Shown piece by piece: positions 12,514 to 24,622 of a stretch of DNA of 64,000 nt. Both the position numbers and the translations under genes were made by a program. The number at the start of each line of letters is the position of its first letter. The first letter of the stretch is position 1. The notes beneath the pieces were generated by a model, which saw only the letters and a program-made list of their open reading frames with translations, was not told the DNA's origin and did not search any database. This DNA is from Mobula hypostoma (taxonomy: Eukaryota). The DNA lies in assembly GCF_963921235.1 (NCBI RefSeq), contig NC_086097.1, positions 187,304,001-187,368,000 on the forward strand. Direction: 5' to 3'.

Positions 12514-15393
12514 TTAATAATCCCTTAGACCAGGCTCCAACTCAGCAAACTTCATAGTGGCCAAAAACACTGATGAATTGCGACCAATGTAACCTCTCAT
12601 TTGGTTTTGTCCCGGACCACAACAACAAGGGTCGTCCCATTCCGACTCAATTTTCCCTCGCAAGGGCTTAGTAGGAGGGGGACGGGTATTGACCGCAGAG
12701 TTATTGCAAAACTTCCTGCAGTACCCCACCATCTCCAAAAGCCTTCTGAGGGCCCTCTTGTCTGTCGGGGTTGGGAGGTCAGCGATAGCCTGCACTGTAG
12801 CTTGCATCACTGCCAGCTGCCCCTGTGTCACCACAATTCCCAGGTAAGTGACATTCGTGTGGCCGAATTCATTTTTTCCAAGGCTCACTATCACGCTGGC
12901 TTCAGACAGCCGTATTAAATTGCCAATACACACCTCTGTGTTCATCAGCCCTTTAGTCACTGAATTACTCGAAAAATATGGGTGTTGTTTGCTTGGCAGC
13001 CCTATTGTAACAGACATAACCCAACGTCCCAGTTCTTTGCAGTTCCTCGGGACAATCAAACACATGGGTGCGAGTCGTTTAATTACTCCTTCGGGGATTA
13101 AGGGAGAGACCTTATCAGTAGACCTGGCCAAAACAATAGCCTTCTCCCATCTGACCGATCCCATCCTAATCTTTTGAAAATGGTTTTTTTCTCTTAGCAG
13201 GGGGCCCCTAGCTTCATTGATTTCCACGCTAACACCGACCAGGTTTGTTAGCATATCAAAAGCCGGTGACCGTCTCAGTTCGCGTCGGTCATGATCAATA
13301 ACATTTTTCCCCCTGGGCAGCCGGTAACTCTCTTTCATGATTCCACCAACTGTTTCCTCCAGCACCGCAAAATGTCCACCGGGGGGTACCTCGTGGGCCA
13401 TGTTAAAAACCTCATCCCCATAACTCTTTTGCACCACCCCCCACTCCTCATCTGCGGATGCTGTACTTGATTTCCCTTTCTTCCTTAGCACTTCCTCATC
13501 CGCACAATAGCCTACTAGTTCCCTTGTCAAGGCTGTGTCAGAGAGAGCTGTCTCGGCCAAAACCATCAGCCCCTCGTCTCGCTCCTGCGTCTGCACAAAT
13601 TCTTTCCTGGCTACTGCTACGTCCGTCCCAGCTCCCTCACTACCTCTTATCTCACTACACCCTGTCTCATACAAGGTTGGCAGAAATGTTTCAGCCAAAT
13701 TCACCATCGCGGGCGGGGCCTCCATGCTGGCAGGCTGACCCGTCAATCTCACGACTGGGAACACGATTCCTCTGGCGATGTCATTACCGAGCAAGACTTC
13801 CACGTCTTTCATCGGTAATTCGGACCTCACCCCGATCGTGACTAGTCCAGAGACCAGGTTGCTCTGTAAATGTATCTGGTGCAAAGGGACTGACTCTGTC
13901 CCTTCCCCAACACCTTTGACCTCTACCTCCCCAGTCTGGGTCTCTGAGCTAAACTCTAATACACTCTTCAGTATTAGTGACTGACACGCTCCCGTGTCTC
14001 TCCAGATCCGCACTGGAACTGGTTTTAACCTCTTTTTCACTGACACCAGTCCGGCCGAGATAAACCTCTCGCGCCCTTCCTGGACTTTTTCAGACCTGTC
14101 CTTCCCTAGCGGTTCGCTTAACAGCTCAATACAGCCATTCAAAATTTCCGCTTTTCCTTTCCCCGTCTCTTTCCTTGGGGCAAAGCACCTGGACGCAAAG
14201 TGTCCGACTTTCCCACAATTATAACAGACGACCCCAGGAGACTTCCTACCAGGCTTCTCCCGGTCTACCTTATCCTTTTCACTAGTCCCCGGCTTACTTT
14301 CTGACTTTTCCGGCGGACTCTCCCCGCCGTCCTGACTACCCTTCTGGTAGCCTTTACTCGGGGCAACCTTCATTTTATGCGTCAACGCATACTCATCCGC
14401 TAACTTAGCAGTTGCGGCTAACGTGGCTGCCTCTTTCTCATCGAGGTAGGGTCTCATACCCTCAGGGACACAACCTTTAAACTGCTCAATCAGAACCAGT
14501 TGCAGCAGTCTGTCATAATCCCCCTCTACCCCTTTCGAGGCGCACCAACGCTCACAATATGTTTGCATCTCACGAGCAAACTCCAAATACGTGCGGTCCC
14601 ACCGCTTCCTCGCATTCCGGAACCTCTGACGGTATGCCTCCGGGACCAACTCATAAATCCTGAGGATGGCCTCCTTCACCACCTCATACTTCTGGGCATC
14701 TTCCGCGGATAAAGCGGAGTAAGCTTGTTGGGCCTTCCCTTTCAGTACACTCTGAAGTAAGACAACCCACTTATCCCTCGGCCATTCCTGACTTATGGCC
14801 ACTTTTTCGAAATGGAGAAAGTACCGATCCACATCGGTATCGTCAAATGGGGGAACCAGCCTAACCTCCTGGGTCGCCCGGAACCCTCCACCTTGGTTCG
14901 GCACGAGCCCCTGCTCGGCCCTTATCTTTAACTTCTCCAGCTCAAATTCCCTTTCCCTCTGTTTCTCCTCTCTCTCCAACTGTCTGTCCCTCTCTCTCTC
15001 TTCTCTCTCCAACTGTCTGTCCCTCTCTCTCTCTTCTCTCTCCAACTGTCTTTCTCTCTCTTGCCTTTCTACCTCTCTCTCCTGCCTTTCTAACTGCTTC
15101 TCTTCGTGTTCTAACTGCCGTACCCGGAACTCGTGCTCGAGTCTCAGTTTTTCAAGCTGTACCTGTACCGCGTCTCCAGCAGGTTTTTCAATAGACACCT
15201 CCCCCAGCTCACCTTGGGGAAACACACCTTTAGATACATAGTGCTCTACAATAGCTCTGTGTATCTCCTCTCTCCTCATTGTCGACTTCACCTTAGCAAG
15301 ATTCACCCGTTTTGCCACAGCTATCAATTCCGATTTCCTGGCATCCTCTAATGCCTCCAAGGTCGGCGCCTTTATAAATTCCTCAACCTCCAT
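12514..15393 (-). CDS. Gag-protease polyprotein (959 aa) with coiled coil, SCAN-like capsid, CCHC knuckle, aspartic protease and vestigial IN/RT pieces
   Basis: EAYRQRFR..LVLIEQF..LADEY (SCAN-like), CYNCGKVGHFASRC, RDTGACQSLI, AHEVPPGGH (IN zinc-binding His pair), KQHPY and VTYLG..PTPTDKRALRRLLEMVGYCRKF (RT pieces); no YxDD or DDE core seen. Confidence 0.92.
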   Translation of the reverse strand: MEVEEFIKAPTLEALEDARKSELIAVAKRVNLAKVKSTMRREEIHRAIVEHYVSKGVFPQGELGEVSIEKPAGDAVQVQLEKLRLEHEFRVRQLEHEEKQLERQEREVERQERERQLEREERERDRQLEREERERDRQLEREEKQREREFELEKLKIRAEQGLVPNQGGGFRATQEVRLVPPFDDTDVDRYFLHFEKVAISQEWPRDKWVVLLQSVLKGKAQQAYSALSAEDAQKYEVVKEAILRIYELVPEAYRQRFRNARKRWDRTYLEFAREMQTYCERWCASKGVEGDYDRLLQLVLIEQFKGCVPEGMRPYLDEKEAATLAATAKLADEYALTHKMKVAPSKGYQKGSQDGGESPPEKSESKPGTSEKDKVDREKPGRKSPGVVCYNCGKVGHFASRCFAPRKETGKGKAEILNGCIELLSEPLGKDRSEKVQEGRERFISAGLVSVKKRLKPVPVRIWRDTGACQSLILKSVLEFSSETQTGEVEVKGVGEGTESVPLHQIHLQSNLVSGLVTIGVRSELPMKDVEVLLGNDIARGIVFPVVRLTGQPASMEAPPAMVNLAETFLPTLYETGCSEIRGSEGAGTDVAVARKEFVQTQERDEGLMVLAETALSDTALTRELVGYCADEEVLRKKGKSSTASADEEWGVVQKSYGDEVFNMAHEVPPGGHFAVLEETVGGIMKESYRLPRGKNVIDHDRRELRRSPAFDMLTNLVGVSVEINEARGPLLREKNHFQKIRMGSVRWEKAIVLARSTDKVSPLIPEGVIKRLAPMCLIVPRNCKELGRWVMSVTIGLPSKQHPYFSSNSVTKGLMNTEVCIGNLIRLSEASVIVSLGKNEFGHTNVTYLGIVVTQGQLAVMQATVQAIADLPTPTDKRALRRLLEMVGYCRKFCNNSAVNTRPPPTKPLRGKIESEWDDPCCCGPGQNQMRGYIGRNSSVFLATMKFAELEPGLRDY
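14945..15110 (-). repeat. Coding 33-bp tandem repeat (ERERDRQLERE) in the gag coiled coil
   Basis: Repeated tctctctccaactgtctgtccctctctctctct units. Confidence 0.85.
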
Positions 15394-15469
15394 TTCTGCT
15401 GTTTGTCTTTTCTTTCTTTCGGGAATTTTAACCCAATCAATTTACTCCGTCCCAAATTTAGCGTTCAAA

Positions 15470-15487
15470 ATCCCGGACGAGCCCCCA
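15470..15487 (-). promoter_or_regulatory. tRNA-Pro primer binding site
   Basis: Reverse complement TGGGGGCTCGTCCGGGAT, the canonical 18-nt tRNA-Pro PBS, 4 nt inside the 5' LTR. Confidence 0.95.
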
Positions 15488-15491
15488 CTTA

Positions 15492-16328
15492 TGTTACGTA
15501 CCCCGTAACTGGGTTGCCAAACCAGCAGAAATGGATCACTCAGTTGGAGTCTGGAGTACTAGAACTAAGAAAGTTTTATTAAAGAAACAAGCAACACAGT
15601 AATCGAAAGGATAATAAATGCAACAGTTCAGTGATGATAAACACATGTGCACAGAATTAAGATAACAGCATCAATCAAGCTCTATCGTTGTCTAGGGGTT
15701 AAATGACCAATTTCAAAATGACTCAAAGTTCAGTCCAGTTTGTAGTTCAGTTCGCAGTAATCGTTGCCATGGCGATGGACAAGGTGGGGGAAGAGAGACA
15801 GAGATAGAACAGGAACAACTGATCATTCAGAACAGCTTCACTCACAGACCAGCGGGATGGCTCACAAACAGCATTTGGGCGGGTCCTTGGTGATGTCACC
15901 TGAGGTCACCGACTGTGACCCCTCCTCCAGATGCGGTCGATCCTCTGCAGTGAACCCGGCACCCAGGCAAGGGCGGACACACACCGGGTTCCCGCTGATC
16001 GTACCTTTCCACCCACTCGTGAGAAGCGTACCGCTTCCAGGGTCTCGTTACCTCGGGTGGCGTGTGTGTCTGTCTTAGCGAACCTGTCCCTTTTTATCCC
16101 CCTGCTGGGGTATCGCCTGTCCATCACTTCAAACAGTTCAGGGTTCAAAAGGGGGGAGCCGCTCCAGACAGCTCTTCCTCCCACATCCCTTCATTACACA
16201 TCTCCAGACGCTGCTCCATTGTTCCTTATCTCTCCTTCCCCTGAGGGCAGGTGGCAGACCAACTGCTGATGCCACTGATGCTAGCCCTGGCCAGCAAACA
16301 TCTTAATTTTATGTGTATTCTCGTAACA
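15492..16328 (-). repeat. 5' LTR of Gmr1-like element
   Basis: Near-identical direct repeat of 11505-12341, adjacent to the PBS. Confidence 0.97.
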
Positions 16329-16981
16329 GTAGATAGATCAATAAGGTGGGGGAGGGCAGGAAGAAATACAAAGTGATGGGTGAAACCAGGAAAGGCAGAG
16401 GGAATACACCGGGAGTAAAGGGCTAGGAAGCTGGTAGTTGAAAGAGATAAAGGGCTGGAGAAGGAGGAATCTGATAGAAGGTAAAAGACCATGGATGGAA
16501 GAGAAGGAGGAGGAGCACTAGAAGGAGGTAAGAGGCCTATGTTTAGTTTTTACCTTGGAAAGATCATCTTTTCCCTTAATGATTTCAGAGTGTGTGTCTT
16601 TTTGTGTAATCCATGAAGTCTATGATACCGCTTTTTTTCTTTTCATTTTACTACATGAAATAGTTAACTTTCTTCAGATTTTCATCTGTATGTGAGTTAC
16701 TTCACTTTAATCAGCTGAATGTAATTGCCTTTTACTGGAACAAATATAATTACCATTTTATGTATTTCACTAAATTAGAAACACCCAGAAATAATTGTTA
16801 AACCTAACCACCGTTCAGGTAATAAGCTGTAGCGCATGGTAGATGTTTCTGAACCCAGAATAACTGCCAATACTGAAGCTGGGTTACAACAGGAATTCTG
16901 CAGATGCTGAAAATTCAAGCAACACACATCAAAGTTGCTGGTGAACGCAGCAGGCCAAGCAGCATCTGTAGGAAGAGGTGC

Positions 16982-17017
16982 AGTCGACGTTTCAGGCCGA
17001 GACCCTTCGTCAGGACT
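16982..17017 (-). ncRNA. Minimal type I hammerhead ribozyme
   Basis: Reverse complement AGTC-CTGACGA-AGGgtctcggCCT-GAAACGTC-GACT. Confidence 0.85.
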
Positions 17018-17104
17018 AACTGAAGGAAGAGTGAGTAAGGGATTTGAAAGTTGGAGGGGGAGGGGGAGACAGAGTCTCTTGCAAAAACGCCATCCCCTTC
17101 TCGC

Positions 17105-18001
17105 AATGTCTACTATAAGCCTACTGACTCTCACAGATATCTGGACTATTCCTCTTCTCACCCTGTCTCTTGCAAAAACGCCATCCCCTTCTCTCAATTC
17201 CTCCGTCTCCGCCGCATCTGCTCTCAGGATGAGGCTTTTCATTCCAGGACGAGGGAGATGTCTTCCTTTTTTAAAGAAAGGGGCTTTCCTTCCTCCAATA
17301 TCAACTCTGCTCTTAAACGCATCTCCCCCATTTCACGTACATCTGCTCTCACTCCATCCTCCCGCCACCCCACTAGGAATAGGGTTCCCCTGGTCCTCAC
17401 CTACCACCCCACCAGCCTCCGGGTCCAACATATTATTCTCCGTAACTTCCGCCACCTCCAACGGGATCGCACCACTAAGCACATCTTTCCCTCCCCCCAT
17501 CTCTCTGCATTCCGCAGGGATTGCTCCCTACACAACTCCCTTGTCCATTCGTCCCCCCCATCCCTCCCCACTGATCTCCCTCCTGGCACTTATCCGTGTA
17601 AGCGGAACAAGTGCTACACATGCCTTTACACTTCCTCCCTTACCACCATTCAGGGCCCCAAACAGTCCTTCCAGGTGAGGCAACACTTCACCTGTGAGTC
17701 GACTGGGGTGATATACTGCGTCCGGTGCTCCCGATGTGGCCTTTTATATATTGGTGAGACCCGACGCAGACTGGGAGACCGCTTTGCTGAACATCTACGC
17801 TCTGTCCGCCAGAGAAAGCAGGATCTCCCAGTGGCCACACATTTTAATTCCACATCCCATTCCCATTCTGACATGTCTATCTACGGCCTCCTCTACTGTA
17901 AAGATGAAGCCACACTCAGGTTGGAGGAACAACACCTTATATTCCATCTGGGTAGCCTCCAACCTGATGGCATGAACATCGACTTCTCTAACTTCCGCTG
18001 A
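17105..18001 (+). pseudogene. 5'-truncated Penelope ORF (RT thumb, linker, GIY-YIG endonuclease), still open
   Basis: VYYKPTDSHRYLDYSSSHP..KNAIPFSQFLRLRRICS..CKRNKCYTC..VIYCVRC..LYIGET..GMNIDF. Confidence 0.9.
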
Positions 18002-18294
18002 GGCCCCACCTCCCCCTCGTACCCCATCCGTTACTCATTTTTATGCACACATTCTTTCTCTCACTCTTCTTTTTCTCCCTCTGTCCCTCTGAATATACCT
18101 CTTGCCCATCCTCTGGGTCCCCCCCCCTTGTCTTTCTTCCCGGACCTCCTGTCCCATGATCCTCTCGTATCCCCTTTTGCCTATCACCTGTCCAGCTCTT
18201 GGCTCCATCCCTCCCCCTCCTGTCTTCTCCTATCATTTTGGATCTCCCCCTCCCCCTCCAACTTTCAAATCCCTTACTCACTCTTCCTTCAGTT

Positions 18295-18330
18295 AGTCCT
18301 GACGAAGGGTCTCGGCCTGAAACGTCGACT
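18295..18330 (+). ncRNA. Minimal type I hammerhead ribozyme
   Basis: AGTC-CTGACGA-AGGgtctcggCCT-GAAACGTC-GACT. Confidence 0.85.
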
Positions 18331-18629
18331 GCACCTCTTCCTACAGATGCTGCTTGGCCTGCTGCGTTCACCAGCAACTTTGATGTCTGAAGCTGGGTTA
18401 GTTTGTTTTACAATCATTTTAGCACATGTGGAATTATTTGGCTGAATTTCCTACAGTGAGTTCAGCTTCCATTTGATGTAGAAGTTCAGTTACAGACATA
18501 TACTAAATGCACAACATCAACAACAAGTCACTGAGATTAGTAACCTAAATAAATAATAACAATGAGTTGGAAGAAATAGTTCATATTAAGGATGTTAAGT
18601 GTTAAACATGTGATCTCCTTCATCTGAAC

Positions 18630-19400
18630 TTTTCCTTTTGAGAGAGAATCAGGAGGGCTAAAACAGAATAGGAGGTTGCTCTGGCAGACAAGAGGAAACA
18701 GAATCCCAAGGGTTTCTATAGCTACATTAAGAGCAAAAGGATAGCAAGGGGAAACGTTCATCAGTGTGGTCATCTATGCATGGAGCCAAAAGACAGGGGA
18801 AATCTTAAATGATTTATTTTTTTCTGTGTTTACTCGGGGGACAGACACAGAGTCTACAGTACTGAAAAATAGAGCATTGAGGTTGTGGACGCTATCTGGA
18901 TCACAGAAGAGAAGGCTCTTTCTATCATGAGGTGAATTTGGGTGGACAAATCCCCAGAAACTGAAAAGGTAACCCCTCAGACCTTGTGGAGGCCTGTGCA
19001 GAAATTCCAGGACCCGGGCAGAGATACTTAAAACATCCTCAGCCACGGATGAGGTACTGGAGGGTTACTAATAAGCCAGGTAATTATAGGCCAATGAGCA
19101 TGATGTCAGTCATGGGTAAATTATTGGAAAATTTTATAAGGGACAGGGTATAAGTATTCGCATAGACAGGGCCTGATTATGGATAATCAAAATGGCAGGT
19201 CATGACTAACAAATCCTATAGATTTCTTTGAAGCGGTTACCAAGAAGATTGATAAAATAGCTTGGCACTCAAGATGAAGAAGTCAATAGGATTCAGCATT
19301 GGCTTAGTGAGAGAAGCCAGAGAATGGTAGATGGTTGTCTCTCTGATTGATGACCTGGGATTAGTGGTGCGCCACAGGGATCAGAGCTGAGTCCATTGGA
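18630..19400 (+). mobile_element. Highly decayed CR1 ORF2 fragment
   Basis: Relics of NPKGFYSYIKSKRI, DKSP, PGNYRPMS, SGAPQGSEL. Confidence 0.7.
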
Positions 19401-20074
19401 TACCCACTTTAGACATCAGTGATTTGTTTTCACAGACTTTTCTTGTGAAGTTGATCAAAATTGGCTGGACTGATGCAAAGGATCAATGAATTTTAAGCTT
19501 TATTCATGTACAATGGAAAGCAATGTTCTGGTCTGGTTATGCTTAAAGCCACCCACACACTATATAAAATACCATAGTCATTTTCTGGTTCTACACTTCA
19601 ACAAAGTTCCTAACATTTTTTAAAACTTCAGTTTGTGTTCTTAAGTGGACTCTTTGCTGTAAACTTGTAAATGGGGGCACCAGGCCTGCCCGATCTCTGG
19701 AATACAACCATTACTACAGATCACCACCAAAATGGATTGAAGTCAACTGTGACTGCCTTGAAATGAATGTGCTCTTTATGCTGCCAGTACACCTGACATT
19801 GACCATTCGAAAAGACCTCTGATAATCGATACCAGCTGCATATCACTGGAGTGAATATTTGTAGGTTGTAAACAGGATATCTAACAGGTCTATGAGCTCC
19901 AAAATCTCCCTTCTGGAAAGTGTTATAGGGCTACTAGAACAAAAGAACTTCACACCATCTTCAAAGTTTCTTCCCCCCAGGCAGTTAATTAGATCAACCA
20001 TTCTAGTTACCACTCATTTCCACCCCCATTGTGAACACTCTAACCACATTTTATAATGGCGTTTACAATCAAAG

Positions 20075-20790
20075 TACAGGTGTCCTTGTACATCAGTCAC
20101 TGAAAGCAAGATGCAAGTACAGCAGGCAGTGAAAAAAGCTAATAGCATGCTGGCCTTCATAACAAGGAGAATAGAGAATAAGAGCAAAGAGGTCCTTCTG
20201 ACGCTGTACAGGGCCCTGGTGAGACCACACCTGGAGTACTGTGTGCAGTTTTGGTCTCCAAATTTGAGGAAGGACATTCTTGCTATTGAGGGAGTGCAGC
20301 GGAGGTTCACAAGGTTAATTCCCGGGATGGCGGCACTGTCATATGTCGAAAGATTGGAGCGGCTGGGCTTGTATACCCTGAAATTTAGAAGGCTGAGAGG
20401 GGATCTTATTGAAACATATAAGATTATTAAGGGATTGGACATACTGCAGGCAGGAAGCATGTTCCCGCTGATGGGTGAGTCTAGAACCAGAGGCCACAGT
20501 TTAAGAATTAGGGGTAGGCCATTTAGAACAGAGTTGAGGAAAAACTTTTTCACCCAGAGAGTGGTAGATATATAGAATGCTCTGCCCCAGAAGGCAGTGG
20601 AGGCCAAGTCTCTGGATGCTTTCAAAAAAGAGATGGATAGAGCTCTTAAAGATAGCGGAATCAAAGGTTATGGGGATAAGGCAGGAACTGGATACTGATT
20701 GTGGATGATCAGCCATGATCACAGTGAATGGCGGTGCTGGCTCGAAGGGCCGAATGGCCTACCCCTGCACTTATTGTCTATTGTCTATAT
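20075..20790 (+). mobile_element. 5'-truncated, relatively young CR1 (ORF2 C-terminus and 3' UTR)
   Basis: ORF 20111-20575 LYRALVRPHLEYCVQFWSP..RRLRGDLIETYKI..TRGH..FFTQRVV; tail tattgtctattgtctat. Confidence 0.92.
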
Positions 20791-21209
20791 GCTGGTAACA
20801 AGTTCAAGTTCAAGGTCATTTTCATTCAACCCTATGCATGTATACTGCCAAACGAGGCAATGTTCCTCCAGACCAAGGCGTACAACACAGAACATATGAC
20901 TCACACACATAACACATACATTAATATTACCATTAATCCATTAACAAATAATAAGGTGTATATACAATACAAGTTAAAAAGTAAGCAGTACAATGCTATT
21001 GGGACTTCATACATGATGAGACTTGGGTGGTAGTAGGAAGTTCAGTAGCCTTATGGCCTGGGGGAAGTAGCTGTTTCACATCCTAACAGTTCTTGTCCTA
21101 ATGCTATGGTACCTCCAACATGATGCTAGAGGGTATATTTATGTATTTATGTGCATTTTATTCCATATTTGTACTCTAATACTTAACTTTATATTTTATA
21201 TACTTCTTA

Positions 21210-22400
21210 TCCAAGGGCAACCATAGTGATTGTAACAACTATCGTGGCATCTCTCTCCTTAGTATTGTGGAGAAAGTTTTTACCCATGTCGTCTTGGCAC
21301 GACTTCAGAGCCTTGCATCCAGAGTCTACACAGAGTCCCAGTGCGGGTTCAGAGCAGGGAGGTCCACAGTGGACATGATCTTCTCACTGTGCCAGCTGCA
21401 GAAGTTTCCAGAGCAGCAGAAGCCACTGTAAACAGCCTCATTTTTCAGACCAAGGCATTCGACCTCGTCAGCAGAAACAGGCTCTTCAAACTCCTACTAA
21501 AGATAGGCCGCCCTCAAGACCACACAGCATCCATACCATCTTTCCATAAGGACACGCACAGCACTGTCTGCTTCAATGAGGCAACTTCTGATGCCTTTCC
21601 AGTAAGCAGTGGAGTGAAACAAGATTGCGTCCTGCCACTGACTCTCTGTGGAATCTTCTTCTCCATGTTCCTTGTTTCATAGACTGCACTGAGGGCATCT
21701 ACCCTCGCACAAGAACTGATGGCAAGCTGTTCAACATCGATCGCTTGCATTCCAAGACCATCGTTAGGACATCTCTCATCCATGAGATGCTACTTGCAGA
21801 TGATGCAGCATTGACGTCACACACTGAAGGCAGACTCCAACAACTGATTACCCGCTTTGCCCATACCTGCAAGGAGTTTGGGTTAACCATTAGTCTGAAG
21901 AAGACAAACGTCGTAGCCCAGGGTGCAGAATCTCCCCCAAACATCACCATTGACGGTTGCTCTCTTGATGTAGTCGACTCCTTCGCCTATCTTGGGTCGA
22001 CCATCTCCAGCTGCCTGTCCATCAAAGCAGAGGTGAAGAGTGAGGTTGCCAAAGCTGCATCTGTCATGGCCTGATTGAACAAGAGAGTGTGGAACAACAG
22101 ACAGATTGACAAAGGCCAAGCTGCGTGTGAACTAGGCGTGTGCGCCCAGCACACTCCTTTATGCCAGCAAGGCTTGGACGCAATGCATCAGCCAAGAGAA
22201 GAGACTAAGCTCATTCCACCTACACTGCCTCAGCAGATGCAACTTGCACATCTCCTGGCAGGATAGAATCACCAACACAGAGGTTCTGCAGAGGGCTGAC
22301 ACTTCCAGCATTCACGCACTATTCAGTAACAGATGCCTCAGAGGGTTAGGCCATGTCAAACAGATGGACCGGGGATGCATTCCCAAGAACATGCTGCATG
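21210..22400 (+). mobile_element. Decayed RTE-clade LINE RT fragment
   Basis: KGNHSDCNNYRGISLLSIV..ESQCGFRAGRSTVDMIFSL; SGVKQDCVL; RTRTDGKLFNI; LLADDAAL..FGLTISLKKTNV. Confidence 0.9.
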
Positions 22401-22554
22401 GGTCACCTACTCTAGATAGCCCATGTCTACAACCCAACAGCCATCAGTAAAAGTGTCACACTGTCGTCTTCAAGATGTACAGACGCTGCTGCCGATTATT
22501 TATAATTGTTGAGAACTCTTGATTTTTGTGGCATGCAACACACCACAGCAAATT

Positions 22555-22900
22555 CAGAGATTCAAAGTACATTTGTTGTCAAAGTATGTATGCAGTATTG
22601 AACCGTGAGATTCATCTTCCTTACAGACAGCCACAAAACAAAGAAAACCACAGAACCCATACAAAGAAAAATATTCCCTACATTTTCAAACACTTTGCTG
22701 CAAGCAAAATTGACTTTCATTGGGTTTTTGTTTAATCCTGTAACTCCTCTTAATGAATGACATGGATATGCAACAGTGGGCTCTGTTAGCACCTTCACAT
22801 GATAAAAAAAACAAATTGTGCAAATGGTAACCAAAAAGAAATGAGCAAAGCACACAGAATATAGAACACAAAATCGAAAGAGTCCAGGCGTATTCAGTTC
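22555..22900 (-). mobile_element. 3' tail of a non-autonomous non-LTR element, interrupted at about 22672-22795
   Basis: Similar to tails at 39810-40000 and 50780-50950 (reverse-complement poly(A)-signal-like site and short tandem tail). Confidence 0.5.
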
Positions 22901-22974
22901 AGCTCAGTTTGGTAGATGCAAGCCACCCCAATCAAAATTGTCCAAAAGTAACAGCAAAAAGGAGCGAGCAGAAA

Positions 22975-24378
22975 AATATCATAACGACTGTCAACTGCCT
23001 TAACGACTATCACCCGGTAGCACTCATAGCGACAGTGATGAAATGCTTTGAGAGTTTGGTCATGACTGGACTGAACTCCCGCCTCAGCAAGGACCTGAAC
23101 CCATTGCAATTTGACTATCATCACAATAGGTCAACGGCAGAAGCAATCTCCATGGCTCTTCACGTGGCTATAGACCATCTAGACAACACAAGCACCTACG
23201 TCAGGATGCTGTTCATCGACTATAGCTCAGTATTTAATACCATCATTCCCACAATCCCAATTGAGAAGTTGCAGAACCTGGGCCTCTGTATCTCCCTCTG
23301 CAATTGGATCCTCGACTTCCTAACCAGAAGACCACAGTCTGTGCGGATTGGTGATAACATATCCTCTTCACTGATGATCAATGATGGCGCACCTCAGGGG
23401 TGTGTACTTAGCCCACTGCTCTGCTCTCTGTATACACATGACTGTGTGGCCAAGCATAGCTCAAACACCACCTACAAATCTGCTGATGACACAACCATTG
23501 TTGGTAGAATCTCAGGTGGTGACGAGTGGGTGTACAGGAGTGAGATATGCCAACTAGTGACAGTAACAACCTGGCACTCAACATCAGTAAGACAAAAATG
23601 CTGATTATGGACTTCAGGAAGGGTAAGACGAAGGAAAACATACCAATCCTCATAGAGGGATCAGAAGTGGAGAGAGTGAGCAGCTTCAAGTTCCTGGGTG
23701 TCAAGATCTCTGAGGACCTAAACTGGTTCCAACACATTAACGTAGTCATAAAGAAGGCAAGACAGTGGCTATACTTTACTAGGAGTTTGAGGCAATTTGG
23801 CATGTCAACAAATACACTCAAAAACTTCTATAGTTGGACCATGGAGAGCATTCTGATAGGCTGCATCACTGTGTGGCATGGAGGGGCTACTGCACAGGGA
23901 TGAAAGAAGCTGCAGAAGGTTGTAAACCTAGTCAGCTCCATCTTGGGCACTAGCCTACAAAGTACCCAGGACATCTTTCGGGATTGGTGTCTCAGTAAGG
24001 CAGCGTCCATTATTAAAGGCCTCCAGCACCCAAGGCATGCCCATTTCTCCATGTTACCATCAGGTAGGAGATACAGAAGCCTGAAGGCACACACTCAGTG
24101 ATTCAGGAACAGCTTTTTTCCCTCTGCCATCCAATTCCTGAATGGACATTGAAGCTTTGGACACTACCTCACTTTTTTAATATACAGTATTTCTGTTTTT
24201 GCACATTTTTAATAATCTATTCAATATATGTAATTTGTTTATTTATTATTATGTTTTATTTTATTTATTATTACTATTTTTTCTGTCTCTGCTAGATTAT
24301 GTATTGCATTGAACTGTTGCTGCTAAGTTGACAAATTTCACGTCACATGCCAGTGATAATAAACCTGATTCTGATTCT
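22975..24378 (+). mobile_element. 5'-truncated Rex1/Babar-like LINE (RT, C-terminus, 3' UTR)
   Basis: [54 protein letters not shown]; tail aataaacctgattctgattct. Confidence 0.92.
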
Positions 24379-24524
24379 AACATGAGCTATAGAGTCCAAT
24401 CCACAAATTGTGTCAATTAAACCATACCCAAGGCCAGAAATCCAGCACCATTGCACCATCCTCTGACAGCATCAAGAGAGAAAGACCATTCAAATGCAGG
24501 AACCTCCCTTTGGGGGGGGGGGGA

Positions 24525-24539
24525 CAGAGGAGAGAGAAA

Positions 24540-24583
<44 letters not shown>

Positions 24584-24622
24584 GGGAGAGGGAGAGGGAG
24601 AGGGAGAGGGAAAGAGAGAGAC
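24525..24622. repeat. (GA)n / (GAGAGG)n microsatellite
   Basis: Visible directly. Confidence 0.95.

Larger units (their letters stand above)
11505..16328 (-). mobile_element. Young non-autonomous Gypsy (Gmr1-like) LTR retrotransposon, 4824 bp
   Basis: Two 837-bp LTRs TGTTACG...CGTAACA, TSD GTAG (11501-11504, 16329-16332), PBS, PPT and a single long ORF. Confidence 0.97.
16887..18386. mobile_element. Penelope-like element, inverted arrangement, with RT C-terminus and GIY-YIG
   Basis: 14-bp TSD CTGAAGCTGGGTTA at 16873-16886 and 18387-18400; left inverted arm 16887-about 17068; body on +. Confidence 0.95.

Noticed and set aside
14795..15241. Ser/Leu-rich + strand ORF
   Set aside because: Antisense shadow of the Glu/Arg repeat in gag
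12514..15393. Domesticated host SCAN/zinc-finger gene
   Set aside because: Flanked by near-identical LTRs with PBS, PPT and TSD; no C2H2 array
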